Source of the DNA: Gloeobacterales cyanobacterium
GTDB lineage: Bacteria > Cyanobacteriota > Cyanobacteriia > Gloeobacterales > PMM-0068
Reading direction: 5' to 3'
NCBI GenBank assembly: GCA_038245785.1
Contig: JBBRSB010000016.1
Span: 1 to 64,000 of the forward strand
DNA: 64,000 nucleotides
Position 1 is the stretch's first letter. The number at the start of each line of letters is the position of its first letter. Made by a program: the position numbers and the translations under genes. The notes under the pieces are model-generated. The model was not told the origin of the DNA, made no database searches, and was given only the letters and a program-made list of their open reading frames with translations. Positions 8,514 through 18,319 of the stretch are shown piece after piece.

Positions 8514-11408
8514 TTATCTCTTAATATCAGAGCTATTGATAGGCAGCAGAACCTTAAATGCAGTGCCTTTCCCCACTTCACTGGTAACCGTAATTTCTCC
8601 GCCCATCTGAACGATTGTTTCTTTGCAGATGGCAAGTCCCAGGCCCGCGCCTCCCTTAGAGTGATTCATCACATCTTGAACGCGGACAAAGGGCTGGAAG
8701 AGGCTATTCAGCTTATCGGTCGGAATGCCAGGACCATTATCTTCTACGGTAAAGAGAATATTTTGGCCTTGAGGGACAGCCTTAAAGACTACACGACACC
8801 CTATGCGTGTATGCCGACAGGCATTATCAATCAGATTGTGCAGAACAGCTATCAGTTTTTGACTATCGGTATTTAAACAGAGTTCACTGCTTAGCTTTTC
8901 AACAGAAAAGTCAGTGGAAAATTCTGCAATCGTTGGTTTCGCTTGCTGAACAACTTTTTGAATGATGCTTTCTACAAAAACATCTTGGAAATTCCAGGCG
9001 GAATTGCTCGCTTCTAGATTCACCAAAGTCGTGAGGTCATCCAAAAGATTGGTGAGTCGGGCGCATTCTTTTTCCATGCCTCCCATCAGTTCATGGACTA
9101 GATCTTTATCAATTTCTGGTTCATTGAGAATGGTTTCTACATAGAGACGCATCGAAGCTAAAGGAGTCCTCATTTCATGGCTAGCAATGCCAACCATATT
9201 GCTCTTGTACTCGTTGAGCTGCTTTAACTGATAGCTCAGGTCCTGTAGCTTTTCGAAGGCACAGGCTTGATTATAGGCAAGCGTCGTTTCCTGGACTAAG
9301 CGAGAAAAAAGTTGTCGTTCCCCAGCAGACCAAGTGCGCAGTTTATCATCCAGAATCAAAATCATGCCTGCGGACTGAACCCGCACTGCGATTAAACTTT
9401 TGATTGCGGTGCCCAGAGACCATTGGAACCAGTCATTCTGACTGCAGGCTATAGGTTCGGAATAGTGCAGAACTTCCTGCACAAATGGATTTTCTAAGGA
9501 TAGGGAATCACGTTCCAGGAGAGAAAAGACAGGATCTTCTGGCTCGACTTGAGGAAGAAAAGAGAGTCTAAATAAAGGACGACGAAAGGACTCTGTCAAC
9601 GTCAAGACTGAAGCATTAGGCTCCTGGCGTAAAAAGACGGCTTGGGCACTGTCTAGAACGTCTGTGAGTTGGACCAAGGCTTGATGCAAAATTGCTTTAG
9701 AGTCGCCAGCTCCGCGTATATGCCGCGCCGCCTGGTTGAGTCGATGTTCTAGCAGGGCTTGCTCTTTCGCTTGGTGATAGGTGACCGCTTGTCCTAAAGC
9801 CACGCCTACTTGCTCCGCCACCGCTTGCACAATCGACCGCTCCTCTTGGGTCCAGTTCTGAGGAGCATAGCAGCGATGGAGACAGAGAATGCCATTGGGT
9901 TGACCTTGGTAGGCCGTGCCGCAGACCAGCAGACTACGGGTCGCCCCCATGCTTAGTTCTTTGCGCCAGGACAAAAATCGGAAGTCGGTTTCAACATCAT
10001 CAATAGCCACAGGGGTAGAGGAGGTCAATCCTTGTTTCTCAATAGCACTTCCTGGTGCTGGAAATTTACCCGTGAACTTGATTACTCCCGTTCCACAGTA
10101 CTGATGAAGAATATCTAGGGGACCCTCAGGCGTGTGGTTGTAGTCCAAGACTAGACAGCGGTCTACATTCAAATGTTCTCCCAAACGCTGAACAGCTGCT
10201 CGTAGTACCTGGTCCGGGTCTAGAGAATCTCGAATATCACGGGTGATTTGGTTGATCAGGGTTTGCTCTAAGGCTTGGCGCTTACTGACCTCGTAGAGGC
10301 GCACCTGCATCGTAGTTACCCCGATCAAGTGAGCGAGGGCAGTGAGCAAGCGACTTTCCTCTGTAGTCCAAAGTCTTGGCTCTGTGCACATTTCCACGGA
10401 TAGATAGCCCAGTAGCTCATTCTGATAAATGATCGGATAAGCCATGAGCGCAGTGAGTTGAGTCCGCTTCAAATAATTTTGTCCGATCAATCCCCGCACA
10501 TCATTCAGGCAATCAGGAATAGAGACTAGGCGGTCCGCTTTTAGGGCTTGATGGAGGCTGTACAGTTCCTTTAGGGAAAATCTTTGACCAAGACTGATGG
10601 AGGGGACGGCTCTTTTGGTATGTGTTTTCGTCTGCTCTTGGGGAGGGATGGTTTGAACCATTGCTCTTACCCAAAAGTCTCTCTGGTCTGGATCAAGCCA
10701 ATAGATGGCGGTTCGTGAGGGTTGGATCCGTTCATGTACCTCTGCACAGACGGTCTGGAAGATAGTGTCTGCATCCTGAGGTTGGCGTAGACGGTCCGCC
10801 AGCGTGTACAAGGGGGAGTTGAGAGACTCTTGCTTCGCGACCTTGCCAGTATCCTGCGTTAAGGCGGTGCCCAGGAGATTGCCAAAGAGGTAGATTCCTT
10901 GTTCTGCCTCTCGGTCTAAAGGTCTTCCCCAGCGGGTTGAACCGAGGATTCCTACCCCTAGACATTTCCCTTGGTGCATAATCGGGAAACCAATCGTCCC
11001 TTGGATGTTCCATTCAGTCGCATAAGACCACCAATCTCGGCAGCGGAGGTCTTCTTGGAGATTGCCAATCTGGATCAGCGTCTGATGATGAGAAATAAGG
11101 TCTACTAAATCGCCTGGTTTAACCGTGCGACGGTTTAGTAAGATCGTCTCCTGCGTGGGTGCAAAACCTCCTTTGCCTGCAATAACCTTGTTGTTGTCCT
11201 CTAAGAGCCCAATCCATCCCAAATGGAATCCAAGGTCTTGCTCAAAGACATTGAAGACATGTTGAATTTTTTCTTGGAAATCACCAGGACGCTCCAGAAT
11301 TCTACTTAGAGCTCCCAAAATCAATAAGAATTTTGGCTTTTCTCCTTGCAGCGGCTCTTGACTCTTTTTTGGTCGTCTGGTGCTAAAGAAATTGAAGGAG
11401 TCAGCCAT
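8514..11408 (-). CDS. Multi-GAF sensor histidine kinase
   Basis: Several GAF domains; H-box SHEMRTPL; NLIDNA, VEDNGPGI, LFQPF and GAGLGLAI boxes; ATG at 11408 preferred over 11549. Confidence 0.9.
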   Translation of the reverse strand: MADSFNFFSTRRPKKSQEPLQGEKPKFLLILGALSRILERPGDFQEKIQHVFNVFEQDLGFHLGWIGLLEDNNKVIAGKGGFAPTQETILLNRRTVKPGDLVDLISHHQTLIQIGNLQEDLRCRDWWSYATEWNIQGTIGFPIMHQGKCLGVGILGSTRWGRPLDREAEQGIYLFGNLLGTALTQDTGKVAKQESLNSPLYTLADRLRQPQDADTIFQTVCAEVHERIQPSRTAIYWLDPDQRDFWVRAMVQTIPPQEQTKTHTKRAVPSISLGQRFSLKELYSLHQALKADRLVSIPDCLNDVRGLIGQNYLKRTQLTALMAYPIIYQNELLGYLSVEMCTEPRLWTTEESRLLTALAHLIGVTTMQVRLYEVSKRQALEQTLINQITRDIRDSLDPDQVLRAAVQRLGEHLNVDRCLVLDYNHTPEGPLDILHQYCGTGVIKFTGKFPAPGSAIEKQGLTSSTPVAIDDVETDFRFLSWRKELSMGATRSLLVCGTAYQGQPNGILCLHRCYAPQNWTQEERSIVQAVAEQVGVALGQAVTYHQAKEQALLEHRLNQAARHIRGAGDSKAILHQALVQLTDVLDSAQAVFLRQEPNASVLTLTESFRRPLFRLSFLPQVEPEDPVFSLLERDSLSLENPFVQEVLHYSEPIACSQNDWFQWSLGTAIKSLIAVRVQSAGMILILDDKLRTWSAGERQLFSRLVQETTLAYNQACAFEKLQDLSYQLKQLNEYKSNMVGIASHEMRTPLASMRLYVETILNEPEIDKDLVHELMGGMEKECARLTNLLDDLTTLVNLEASNSAWNFQDVFVESIIQKVVQQAKPTIAEFSTDFSVEKLSSELCLNTDSQKLIAVLHNLIDNACRHTRIGCRVVFKAVPQGQNILFTVEDNGPGIPTDKLNSLFQPFVRVQDVMNHSKGGAGLGLAICKETIVQMGGEITVTSEVGKGTAFKVLLPINSSDIKR

Positions 11409-11619
11409 AGTATGGGGATCTTGCGGGTTTCTGTAAAGGGTAGACAGTATGCTGGAAGGATAGAAAGTTAAAAAAGTTGGGCCAGTAGGCACAGCAGGCG
11501 AGCAGATAGGTCTTGCACGCTGAGTCTCCATAAATATAAAGTTGCACAAACTTTTGCGTTCTTCTCACTCTCAAACGGACTCTTCATCAGATCTTCACCT
11601 CGTCTAAGGACGACCAGAA

Positions 11620-12573
11620 GTGAGTCCTAATAATTCTGGGCACACTGCAATACGTATGAGGCTGTTGGCAGATATGGAGCTAAATAATCGAAAAGATACG
11701 CCAGATGGCCCTAACGATAGATCCGAGGACAAGAAGCCTTCCCATTTTTCTTCATGGCCTCCCATCAGACCTGAAGCTGAAGATTCAGACTTAGGGACCA
11801 ACGCTCCAGAAACCTTGGAAGCCGAACAGATTGCAGAAATGTCTGTCAGTCGGCTTGCGCGTATGGATAATCAGACCCTTGCGCGGATCGTCCATGAACA
11901 GGCCATGGTCAACGTTCAGCTATCGATGCAGCTTTCTTTTATTCAATCTAGAGAATTGGTGGCCAATCGGCAGATTCCTTTATCGATCGATCTAGACCGC
12001 CAAGCGCGCAAAGGGGTACGGGCAGAACAGGAGCTGGTCTCCGGCAGATTGTTAGAGGATTACCAGGAAAAATTACTGGATGCTTTCAGACAGCAAAACA
12101 AACCCCAAGTAATCTTGCCTGCTCGGTTTGACTCTCAAGAAGTGGGTCTTGTTTGGCGGGATATTCGCCAACAAATGTTCCGCATCCTGGAATTGCCGGT
12201 TCTAGCTTCTAGCGTGGATACGCTGGACAAGAAAGACTGCATGGAATCACAACTCTTGCGTCTCACTGAAATCTATAGGCCCTATTTCAATATTGCGATT
12301 CTGAATGTCGATACAACCGCTACCCTACTTTTGGCAAGCCGTACGGCCAGTTATAGTTACCTAGAAAACTTTGTACCTAACCGGATCGATGCTGCTTGGC
12401 GTGCCGCTTTTGAAATGAATTTGGATAACCCTAAAAGTTTGACGGCTAGGGCTCTAGTGCTGATTACGCAACAGGCTGTAGCACTGGCTAATCAGAACCT
12501 GAAATTGCCTCCTCTTAAACTTTTGGAGGTCTTACGATCCCATTTAGCGCCCCTCCGTCCTCTCTATCTTTGA
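11620..12573 (+). CDS. Hypothetical protein (disordered N-terminus, helical C-terminus)
   Basis: 317-aa ORF fills the gap between genes; no recognisable motif; start uncertain (11620, 11656 or 11674). Confidence 0.7.
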   Translation: MSPNNSGHTAIRMRLLADMELNNRKDTPDGPNDRSEDKKPSHFSSWPPIRPEAEDSDLGTNAPETLEAEQIAEMSVSRLARMDNQTLARIVHEQAMVNVQLSMQLSFIQSRELVANRQIPLSIDLDRQARKGVRAEQELVSGRLLEDYQEKLLDAFRQQNKPQVILPARFDSQEVGLVWRDIRQQMFRILELPVLASSVDTLDKKDCMESQLLRLTEIYRPYFNIAILNVDTTATLLLASRTASYSYLENFVPNRIDAAWRAAFEMNLDNPKSLTARALVLITQQAVALANQNLKLPPLKLLEVLRSHLAPLRPLYL

Positions 12574-12580
12574 TCAAGCT

Positions 12581-14035
12581 TCAGTTCTGGGGCGTAAACT
12601 TAGAGGTAGGAGTGATTTTGAGGACTTTGACGAATTCAACAATAGTATCTGCCTGACGATTGCCTCGTGTAAAACAATCTCCCAAAGCTACGCCATCGAT
12701 ATAGTTGGCTGCCAGATAAAAACCAGGAAGTGTCTCAGTAGCTTTCAGAATTTTAGCAATCCGCTCTTTGTGTCCTATTCCATACTGAGGGATCGCTTTT
12801 TTCCAGAGGGTGAGGGTTAAATTCTTGGCTTCTCCCCTCACACCAAGGACTGTCTGTAGATCTTGATGGGCAGTCTGGAATAGAGCTTCTTCTGAGAGAT
12901 TCTGGGCTTCAGGATCGGTGGTTCCGCCAATGAAACAGGTAAGCATCTGCCAACCTTTGGGTGCCCGGCCAGGGAAAAGACTACTATTCCAAATGCCGCC
13001 TAAACTGCGTACGCCCTGTTCGCGCGGGATGAGATGGCCAAACCCGCCAGTGCAGGGAGATGGGCTTGTTGTGGGAAAAGCGGTATCTGGATAAGCCACA
13101 CATACGGTAGCTACGGCTGGATAGATAATCTGATTCAGTTCTTGAGCGGCACTCGGCAACAGGTCTGAAAGGAACTTAGCAGCGATATAGGCCGGACTAG
13201 TGCACACCACCGTCATCGCTTCATAATTACTGCCGTCTTCTAGCTCAATGCGATAGCCTGGCTCTGTTTGGCTTCTTTCAAGACGCTGGACGCTGCTCTG
13301 ATAATGGACAGCCTCCCCCAGAGAACGGGCCAGTGCATAGGGCAGTTCGGCCAATCCATCTTTAAAGGAACATAGCCGCTTAACGGGGGCGGGTCCTTGT
13401 CGCTTTTTGCCCCCCTTGAGCAGACCGCGTATCAGGCTGCCATGTTCTGTTTCCAAAACTTTTAGTCGGGGTAGGGCCGCAGCGACACTCAGTTCTCGCG
13501 GATCGCCCGCATATACCCCTGAAATAAAAGGCGCTACTAATTTGACAAGAAGTTCTCGGCCCAAACGACGCTCTACAAATTCAGCAATAGATTCATCAGG
13601 CTTGCCTTTGGGCATGAAGGGTTCTAAACCTGCCTTGATCTTGCCTAAGGGTGAGATTAAAGGAGAAGTCAAAAAAGCGGGGGGACTCAGAGGGACTGCT
13701 AGCAATTTTCCCTCTCTTAGATTCCCCCCTTTCTGACCCCTCCAGTAAACGTAGCGTGGGGACTTTGGGTCGCCAAAGAGAACACGTTCTTCCAAACCCA
13801 ACTCTTTGACTAAGCTCGTAAATTCTGGCGTCTCTTGCAGGCTGTTGGGGCCTCCTTCGCACAGAAACTCACCGATACTCTGGGAAAGTACAGCTCCCCC
13901 TGGACGGTCATTTTTTTCTAAAACAAGAACGCGATATCCCCGTTTTGTAAGGTGGTAGGCAGTGGTTAAACCAGAAAGGCCTGCCCCCAGAATGATGGTG
14001 TCAAAGATGGCGGTCACAGAATCACGATGGAGCAA
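12581..14035 (-). CDS. hemY: Protoporphyrinogen oxidase, HemY type
   Basis: GAGLSGL FAD motif, EGGPNS, PFISGVYAGDP, AIPQY, NYIDGVALGDC. Confidence 0.93.
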   Translation of the reverse strand: MLHRDSVTAIFDTIILGAGLSGLTTAYHLTKRGYRVLVLEKNDRPGGAVLSQSIGEFLCEGGPNSLQETPEFTSLVKELGLEERVLFGDPKSPRYVYWRGQKGGNLREGKLLAVPLSPPAFLTSPLISPLGKIKAGLEPFMPKGKPDESIAEFVERRLGRELLVKLVAPFISGVYAGDPRELSVAAALPRLKVLETEHGSLIRGLLKGGKKRQGPAPVKRLCSFKDGLAELPYALARSLGEAVHYQSSVQRLERSQTEPGYRIELEDGSNYEAMTVVCTSPAYIAAKFLSDLLPSAAQELNQIIYPAVATVCVAYPDTAFPTTSPSPCTGGFGHLIPREQGVRSLGGIWNSSLFPGRAPKGWQMLTCFIGGTTDPEAQNLSEEALFQTAHQDLQTVLGVRGEAKNLTLTLWKKAIPQYGIGHKERIAKILKATETLPGFYLAANYIDGVALGDCFTRGNRQADTIVEFVKVLKITPTSKFTPQN

Positions 14036-14121
14036 TGGCTATATTTACCCTGTAGTGTACTGTTCTTGTCCGCCGTCGTCTCCCACACAGCTTATGAAAT
14101 TGCTAGAACTTACTAAATCGT

Positions 14122-14325
14122 TTACGAATTTTTTTGAAACAACGTATTGAGATAGGTCCGGGCCGCTCTGCGGTCGCCTCCACTGTTTTGCAACAGGAAT
14201 AGGGAAAGTGCGGCTGTAAATACCCGATTTTGGTCCCAGTCAGGATGCTTCTCTAAATACCCTTGTAAAGTATCGTGAAGCTCTTCTGGGATATCCGCCA
14301 TGATGCTGACCGTGGTCATGTACAT
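14122..14325 (-). CDS. DUF2811 family protein
   Basis: IPEELHDTLQGYLEKHPDWDQNRVFTAALSLFLLQN...AARTYL. Confidence 0.88.
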   Translation of the reverse strand: MYMTTVSIMADIPEELHDTLQGYLEKHPDWDQNRVFTAALSLFLLQNSGGDRRAARTYLNTLFQKNS

Positions 14326-14555
14326 AGACTGCGTACTCTTTGTGAAGTGAATGCATCCTATTGATACCGAGGAGTGGAAGGTCTGTCAATCACGCCCAGG
14401 TTTGTCGCCATGAAGACTATAGGCATTGTAGTCTTTGAAAGAATCGTCTATTTATCCCTGTTTGATTTACATTACTTCGTAATTTCTTGTTGCATTCAGA
14501 ATCATCTACTTAACCCTCTTGACAAGCCTGTAGACTCTATTGCCTCGTCTAAAAC

Positions 14556-14608
14556 TGTGGATAATCTGTGGATAACCTGTGGATAACCTGGGGACAATAA
14601 GGGGATAA
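14556..14608 (-). repeat. Array of five DnaA-box-like 9-mers at an 11-bp period
   Basis: tgtggataa (reverse complement of TTATCCACA) at 14556, 14567 and 14578; degenerate tggggacaa at 14589 and aggggataa at 14600. Confidence 0.85.
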
Positions 14609-14779
14609 CCTTACCCTTATGAAGAATTGTTACATGTTCAATCGGATAGGTGCGGTGAGCTAAAGGGTGATAAAAATATCAAGTTGTAGTTTTGTCTGTT
14701 CCCAGACTTCTGTTTTGGGACATTTTAAGAAAATTTGGGGAAGTTAATAAAAATATCAAGAGTCCGTTAGGAGCACCAA

Positions 14780-15031
14780 ATGGCTAGAACACCCAATGAA
14801 TTCGCACTCCATCTCATGCTGGATGGCGGTCATCATCAAGTTGTGAATCTAAAAACGGCCAAGGAAGTGAACGATATTGTCCAAATGATTTTTATGCAGG
14901 CGGATATGGGCAAAGACTATATGCACATTCCCTTGCAGCTAGAGGGCGAGTACGTGATGATTCGTCCTTCACGGGTATCGGGGATTCATGTAGAGCCGAT
15001 TTTCTCCTCTAGCATCGATAGTGGCTACTGA
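14780..15031 (+). CDS. Conserved small cyanobacterial hypothetical protein
   Basis: RBS aggag; MARTPNEFALHLMLDGGH...GEYVMIRPSRV...VEPIFSSS resembles a family I recall from cyanobacteria. Confidence 0.8.
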   Translation: MARTPNEFALHLMLDGGHHQVVNLKTAKEVNDIVQMIFMQADMGKDYMHIPLQLEGEYVMIRPSRVSGIHVEPIFSSSIDSGY

Positions 15032-15123
15032 ATAAGCGTACGTGGTGTATCCCCAATTTATGAAGATGGCACAATAGAAAGACGTTGCGCTAAGGGCGCG
15101 CTGTCTTTGGCTATGAGGTTGCT

Positions 15124-17193
15124 ATGGTATTCGACTGGTTCAAGCGAAAGTTCGTCAAAAAAGAAGATGCTTCTGATGCTTCCCCTATTGAACCCAGTGA
15201 GTCTTCTGTAGAAGAGTCATCTGCATCCGCAGAAACTCCTGTTGAAGAATCTCCCCCTCAGGTGCAGCCAGATTATTTGTCTTGGGCCAGAGAATTTACG
15301 TTTATCCAAAACCAGCGCACCCCGCCTCCTGAAGCTCCCCCAGAACCTCCGAAGGTAGAAAAGGTAGAAGAAGTTCGCGCGGTTACTCCCGAAGCAATCC
15401 CAGAACCTCAACCAGAGCCAGAACCCCTTGCCTCCAATGTGGCAGAAATTCAGGAGATCCAAAAAGTCGAGCCTATTCAAACTCCAGAGCCAGAAGCGCA
15501 ACCTGCTTCTGGTCTTCCCACTACTGAAGAAGGCTATCTGGCTTTAATACGCTCGTGGAAGCAAGATGCACCACCCGCAGAGCCTGTGGCACCAGTCAAT
15601 CCCGTGGTTGAGCCTGTTCAAAGTCCTGAAATCGCACAACCCGTTCAACCCACGTATGAGCCCATTCAAGAGCCCCAACCTGTGGCACAGGCTCCAATTG
15701 TCGAACCCCCTCCTCCCGTTCAGCCCACCTATGAGCCTATCCAAGAGCCCAAACCTTTAGAGAAGGCTCCAATTATAGAGCCCCCTGCTCCCACTCAACC
15801 TACACCTGTTTTTGAAGCCCCTGAACCCGTTATTGCATCACCCCCGACCACTCCAGCAATTTCAGCTCCAGAGCCCGAGACGACAGAAGAGGAAGAAGTC
15901 CCATTTTGGCGTAAAGCCTTTAACTGGAATCGGGGTGCTTCTCCAGAAACGGTTGCAACGCCTGAAATCGCTGAACCCGTTCAGCCTGTCCCCGTTTTTG
16001 AAGCCTCTGAACCCGCTATTGCATCAAACACTCCAACTCCAGCAATTTCAGAACCAGAGCCTGAAACTCCGGAAGATGAAGAGGAAAAAGTCCCGTTTTG
16101 GCGCAAAGCCTTTAACTGGAATCGGGATGCTTCTACTGCTGATGCTTCCGCAGAGAGTGTTTCTTCTCCTGAGCTGATTCCTGAGGAAGCTTTCGACGAA
16201 GGCTTCCTGTGGTCTGCAGAAGTCCTCAGCGCTCAAGGGCGTCGACCAGAGGATGTCACGGTAGAGGAAATCACCTGGCTGAAAAAGCTGCGTAAAGGGC
16301 TGCAACGCACCAGCCGTGGCTTAGTCAATGACCTCAAAGCTGTAGTAGGTAAAGGTCCGATTAGCGCAGATGATTTGGATGATATTGAAAATCTCTTACT
16401 CAGTGCTGATGTTGGAGTAGCCAGTACAGAGCGGATTATTGATGCTTTGAAAGTTCGGGTGAAAAAAGAATCGCTATCCGCAGAAGCGGTGTTCGATTTC
16501 CTCAAAGCACAATTAAAAGAACAGTTGGAATTCGACGATCCCGTCAGCTATGCCCCAAAGAGAGGCCAGCTTAATGTATGGCTGATTGTTGGGGTAAATG
16601 GCGTAGGCAAGACGACTACGATTGGTAAACTCGCGCATTTAGCCCAACAGTCTGGATATAAAACTCTGGTGGCCGCTGGCGATACCTTCCGGGCTGCGGC
16701 AGTGGAACAGCTACAGGAATGGAGCCGCCGCAGTGGAGTAGAAGTGATTGCCAATAAAGGTAAAAATGCAGACCCAGCAGCCGTTGTTTTCGATGGAATT
16801 GTAGCGGCTCAAGCGCGGGGTACAGAATTGCTTCTAGTAGATACGGCAGGGCGTCTCCAGAACAAAAAGAACCTGATGGAAGAGCTAGCTAAGATTCGGC
16901 GGATCATCGATAAGAAAGCTACCGGAGCCCATATTGAAGCGCTTTTGGTCCTTGATGCTTCTACCGGACAGAATGGTTTGGTTCAAGCCAAGGTATTTTC
17001 TGATGTGGCTAACTTGAGTGGGGTTATTCTAACGAAGTTAGATGGTACAGCCCGTGGTGGGGTTGCTCTTGCTGTAGTCGAAGAGTTGAAAATTCCGATC
17101 CGCTTCATTGGTGTCGGAGAGAAAATTAATGACCTCAGACCCTTTAATGGTTACGAATTTGTAGAGGCTCTATTGAGCGATCAGGGTTCATAG
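15124..17193 (+). CDS. ftsY: Signal recognition particle receptor FtsY with long Pro/Glu-rich repeated N-terminus
   Basis: GVNGVGKTTTIGKLA, DTFRAAA, DTAGRLQNK, TKLDGTARGG, GVGEK. Confidence 0.96.
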   Translation: MVFDWFKRKFVKKEDASDASPIEPSESSVEESSASAETPVEESPPQVQPDYLSWAREFTFIQNQRTPPPEAPPEPPKVEKVEEVRAVTPEAIPEPQPEPEPLASNVAEIQEIQKVEPIQTPEPEAQPASGLPTTEEGYLALIRSWKQDAPPAEPVAPVNPVVEPVQSPEIAQPVQPTYEPIQEPQPVAQAPIVEPPPPVQPTYEPIQEPKPLEKAPIIEPPAPTQPTPVFEAPEPVIASPPTTPAISAPEPETTEEEEVPFWRKAFNWNRGASPETVATPEIAEPVQPVPVFEASEPAIASNTPTPAISEPEPETPEDEEEKVPFWRKAFNWNRDASTADASAESVSSPELIPEEAFDEGFLWSAEVLSAQGRRPEDVTVEEITWLKKLRKGLQRTSRGLVNDLKAVVGKGPISADDLDDIENLLLSADVGVASTERIIDALKVRVKKESLSAEAVFDFLKAQLKEQLEFDDPVSYAPKRGQLNVWLIVGVNGVGKTTTIGKLAHLAQQSGYKTLVAAGDTFRAAAVEQLQEWSRRSGVEVIANKGKNADPAAVVFDGIVAAQARGTELLLVDTAGRLQNKKNLMEELAKIRRIIDKKATGAHIEALLVLDASTGQNGLVQAKVFSDVANLSGVILTKLDGTARGGVALAVVEELKIPIRFIGVGEKINDLRPFNGYEFVEALLSDQGS

Positions 17194-17240
17194 GATTGTT
17201 GACTGACCTGGCCCACGCGAGTTCCATTTTGGAGTATCTC

Positions 17241-17969
17241 CTACCATTCCAGATCAGGCAGCTCCCGGAACACGTTGCGAACGCCCTCGCTCCAGTTTGT
17301 GCTCAGTGCCGTGAAATAAGGGTCGCCCTCGTTAAAGCGGCGTCGCATACGGATCTCCAGGCTGTCCCGCTCGTAGCAAACCAGATCGATGGGCATTCCC
17401 ACAGACAAGTTGCTACGCATGGTTGAATCGAATGAAACGAGAATGCATTTGGTGGCTTCCGCCAGGGTGGTGGTGGGGGCAATGACCCGATCGATGATCG
17501 GCTTTCCGTACTTGGCTTCGCCAGTCTGTAGAAATGGTGTATCGTCTCCAGCTTCGATGAAGTTGCCCTCTGAGTAAATGCGAAACAGCCGCTGCGGCTC
17601 GCCTTTGAGTTGTCCACCGACGATAAAAGAGGCGTTGAATGAAATCGCACCGCTTTCCAGGAAGGAAGCATCGCGTCGCTCGATGTCGCGCACAGCATCC
17701 GAAACCAGGACTACTACATCGAACATGGTGCGCGCAGTCCACAGATTGGGCGGGCCATCCGTGACATTACTGCGCTGCTTCAGCAGGCTGATCACAGCTT
17801 GTGTCCCAGCCAAGTTACCGGAGCTCAGCAGAATGATCACACGATCTCCGGCCCGCTCGAACACGGTCATTTTGCAGAACTTGGCGAAGTTATCCACGCC
17901 AGCGTTTGTGCGCGAGTCGGACGCGAGGACGATCCCATCCTTTAGCAATATGCCGACACAATAGGTCAT
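17241..17969 (-). CDS. Proteasome-type protease (Anbu family, N-terminal Thr)
   Basis: M-TYCVG...ASDSRTNAGVD, SSGNLA, GEAKYGKPIIDR, SFDSTMRSNLSVGMPID; true start at 17969 exposes Thr1. Confidence 0.92.
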   Translation of the reverse strand: MTYCVGILLKDGIVLASDSRTNAGVDNFAKFCKMTVFERAGDRVIILLSSGNLAGTQAVISLLKQRSNVTDGPPNLWTARTMFDVVVLVSDAVRDIERRDASFLESGAISFNASFIVGGQLKGEPQRLFRIYSEGNFIEAGDDTPFLQTGEAKYGKPIIDRVIAPTTTLAEATKCILVSFDSTMRSNLSVGMPIDLVCYERDSLEIRMRRRFNEGDPYFTALSTNWSEGVRNVFRELPDLEW

Positions 17970-18133
17970 ACCCTGACTTTCTCCGCTAGCGAAACTCGAC
18001 TTCGACTGACCGTAGGGCGCATCTCGTCCGTCCACGCCTTGAAGCTTACCAGCATCGCGGGTCCGAAGCTAGTTGTGCGTGTGACATGCTCCGCGTCTCT
18101 GCCTGTGGCGATTAGGATGCGCCCGATGCGGGG
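17966..18133 (-). pseudogene. 3' remnant of a transglutaminase-like gene coupled to Anbu
   Basis: Translates PRIGRILIATGRDAEHVTRTTSFGPAMLVSFKAWTDE...*, paralogous to the C-terminus of 18320-19150; stop overlaps the Anbu ATG (ATGA); no start codon. Confidence 0.8.
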
Positions 18134-18319
18134 TCACCTGTAAATTATTCTGGGATGCTTTGCTCTACCACTAGTTGACCGAATGGACCGAAAAGAATCT
18201 TTCGCCAGTCGGGTAGGAGAATAACATTTCTACCACTTCAATAATTTGTAGTAGGGTTGATGTGATCTTTATCTCTTCCTGTGTGCAAGGTGAACCTGGG
18301 GCGCAGGAGACAGAGCCTT

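Noticed and set aside
8514..11408. Cyanobacteriochrome/phytochrome photoreceptor
   Set aside because: No DXCF/DIP or CH bilin-attachment motifs seen in the GAF domains
14556..14608. CRISPR array
   Set aside because: 9-bp units with 2-bp gaps; no spacers and no cas genes
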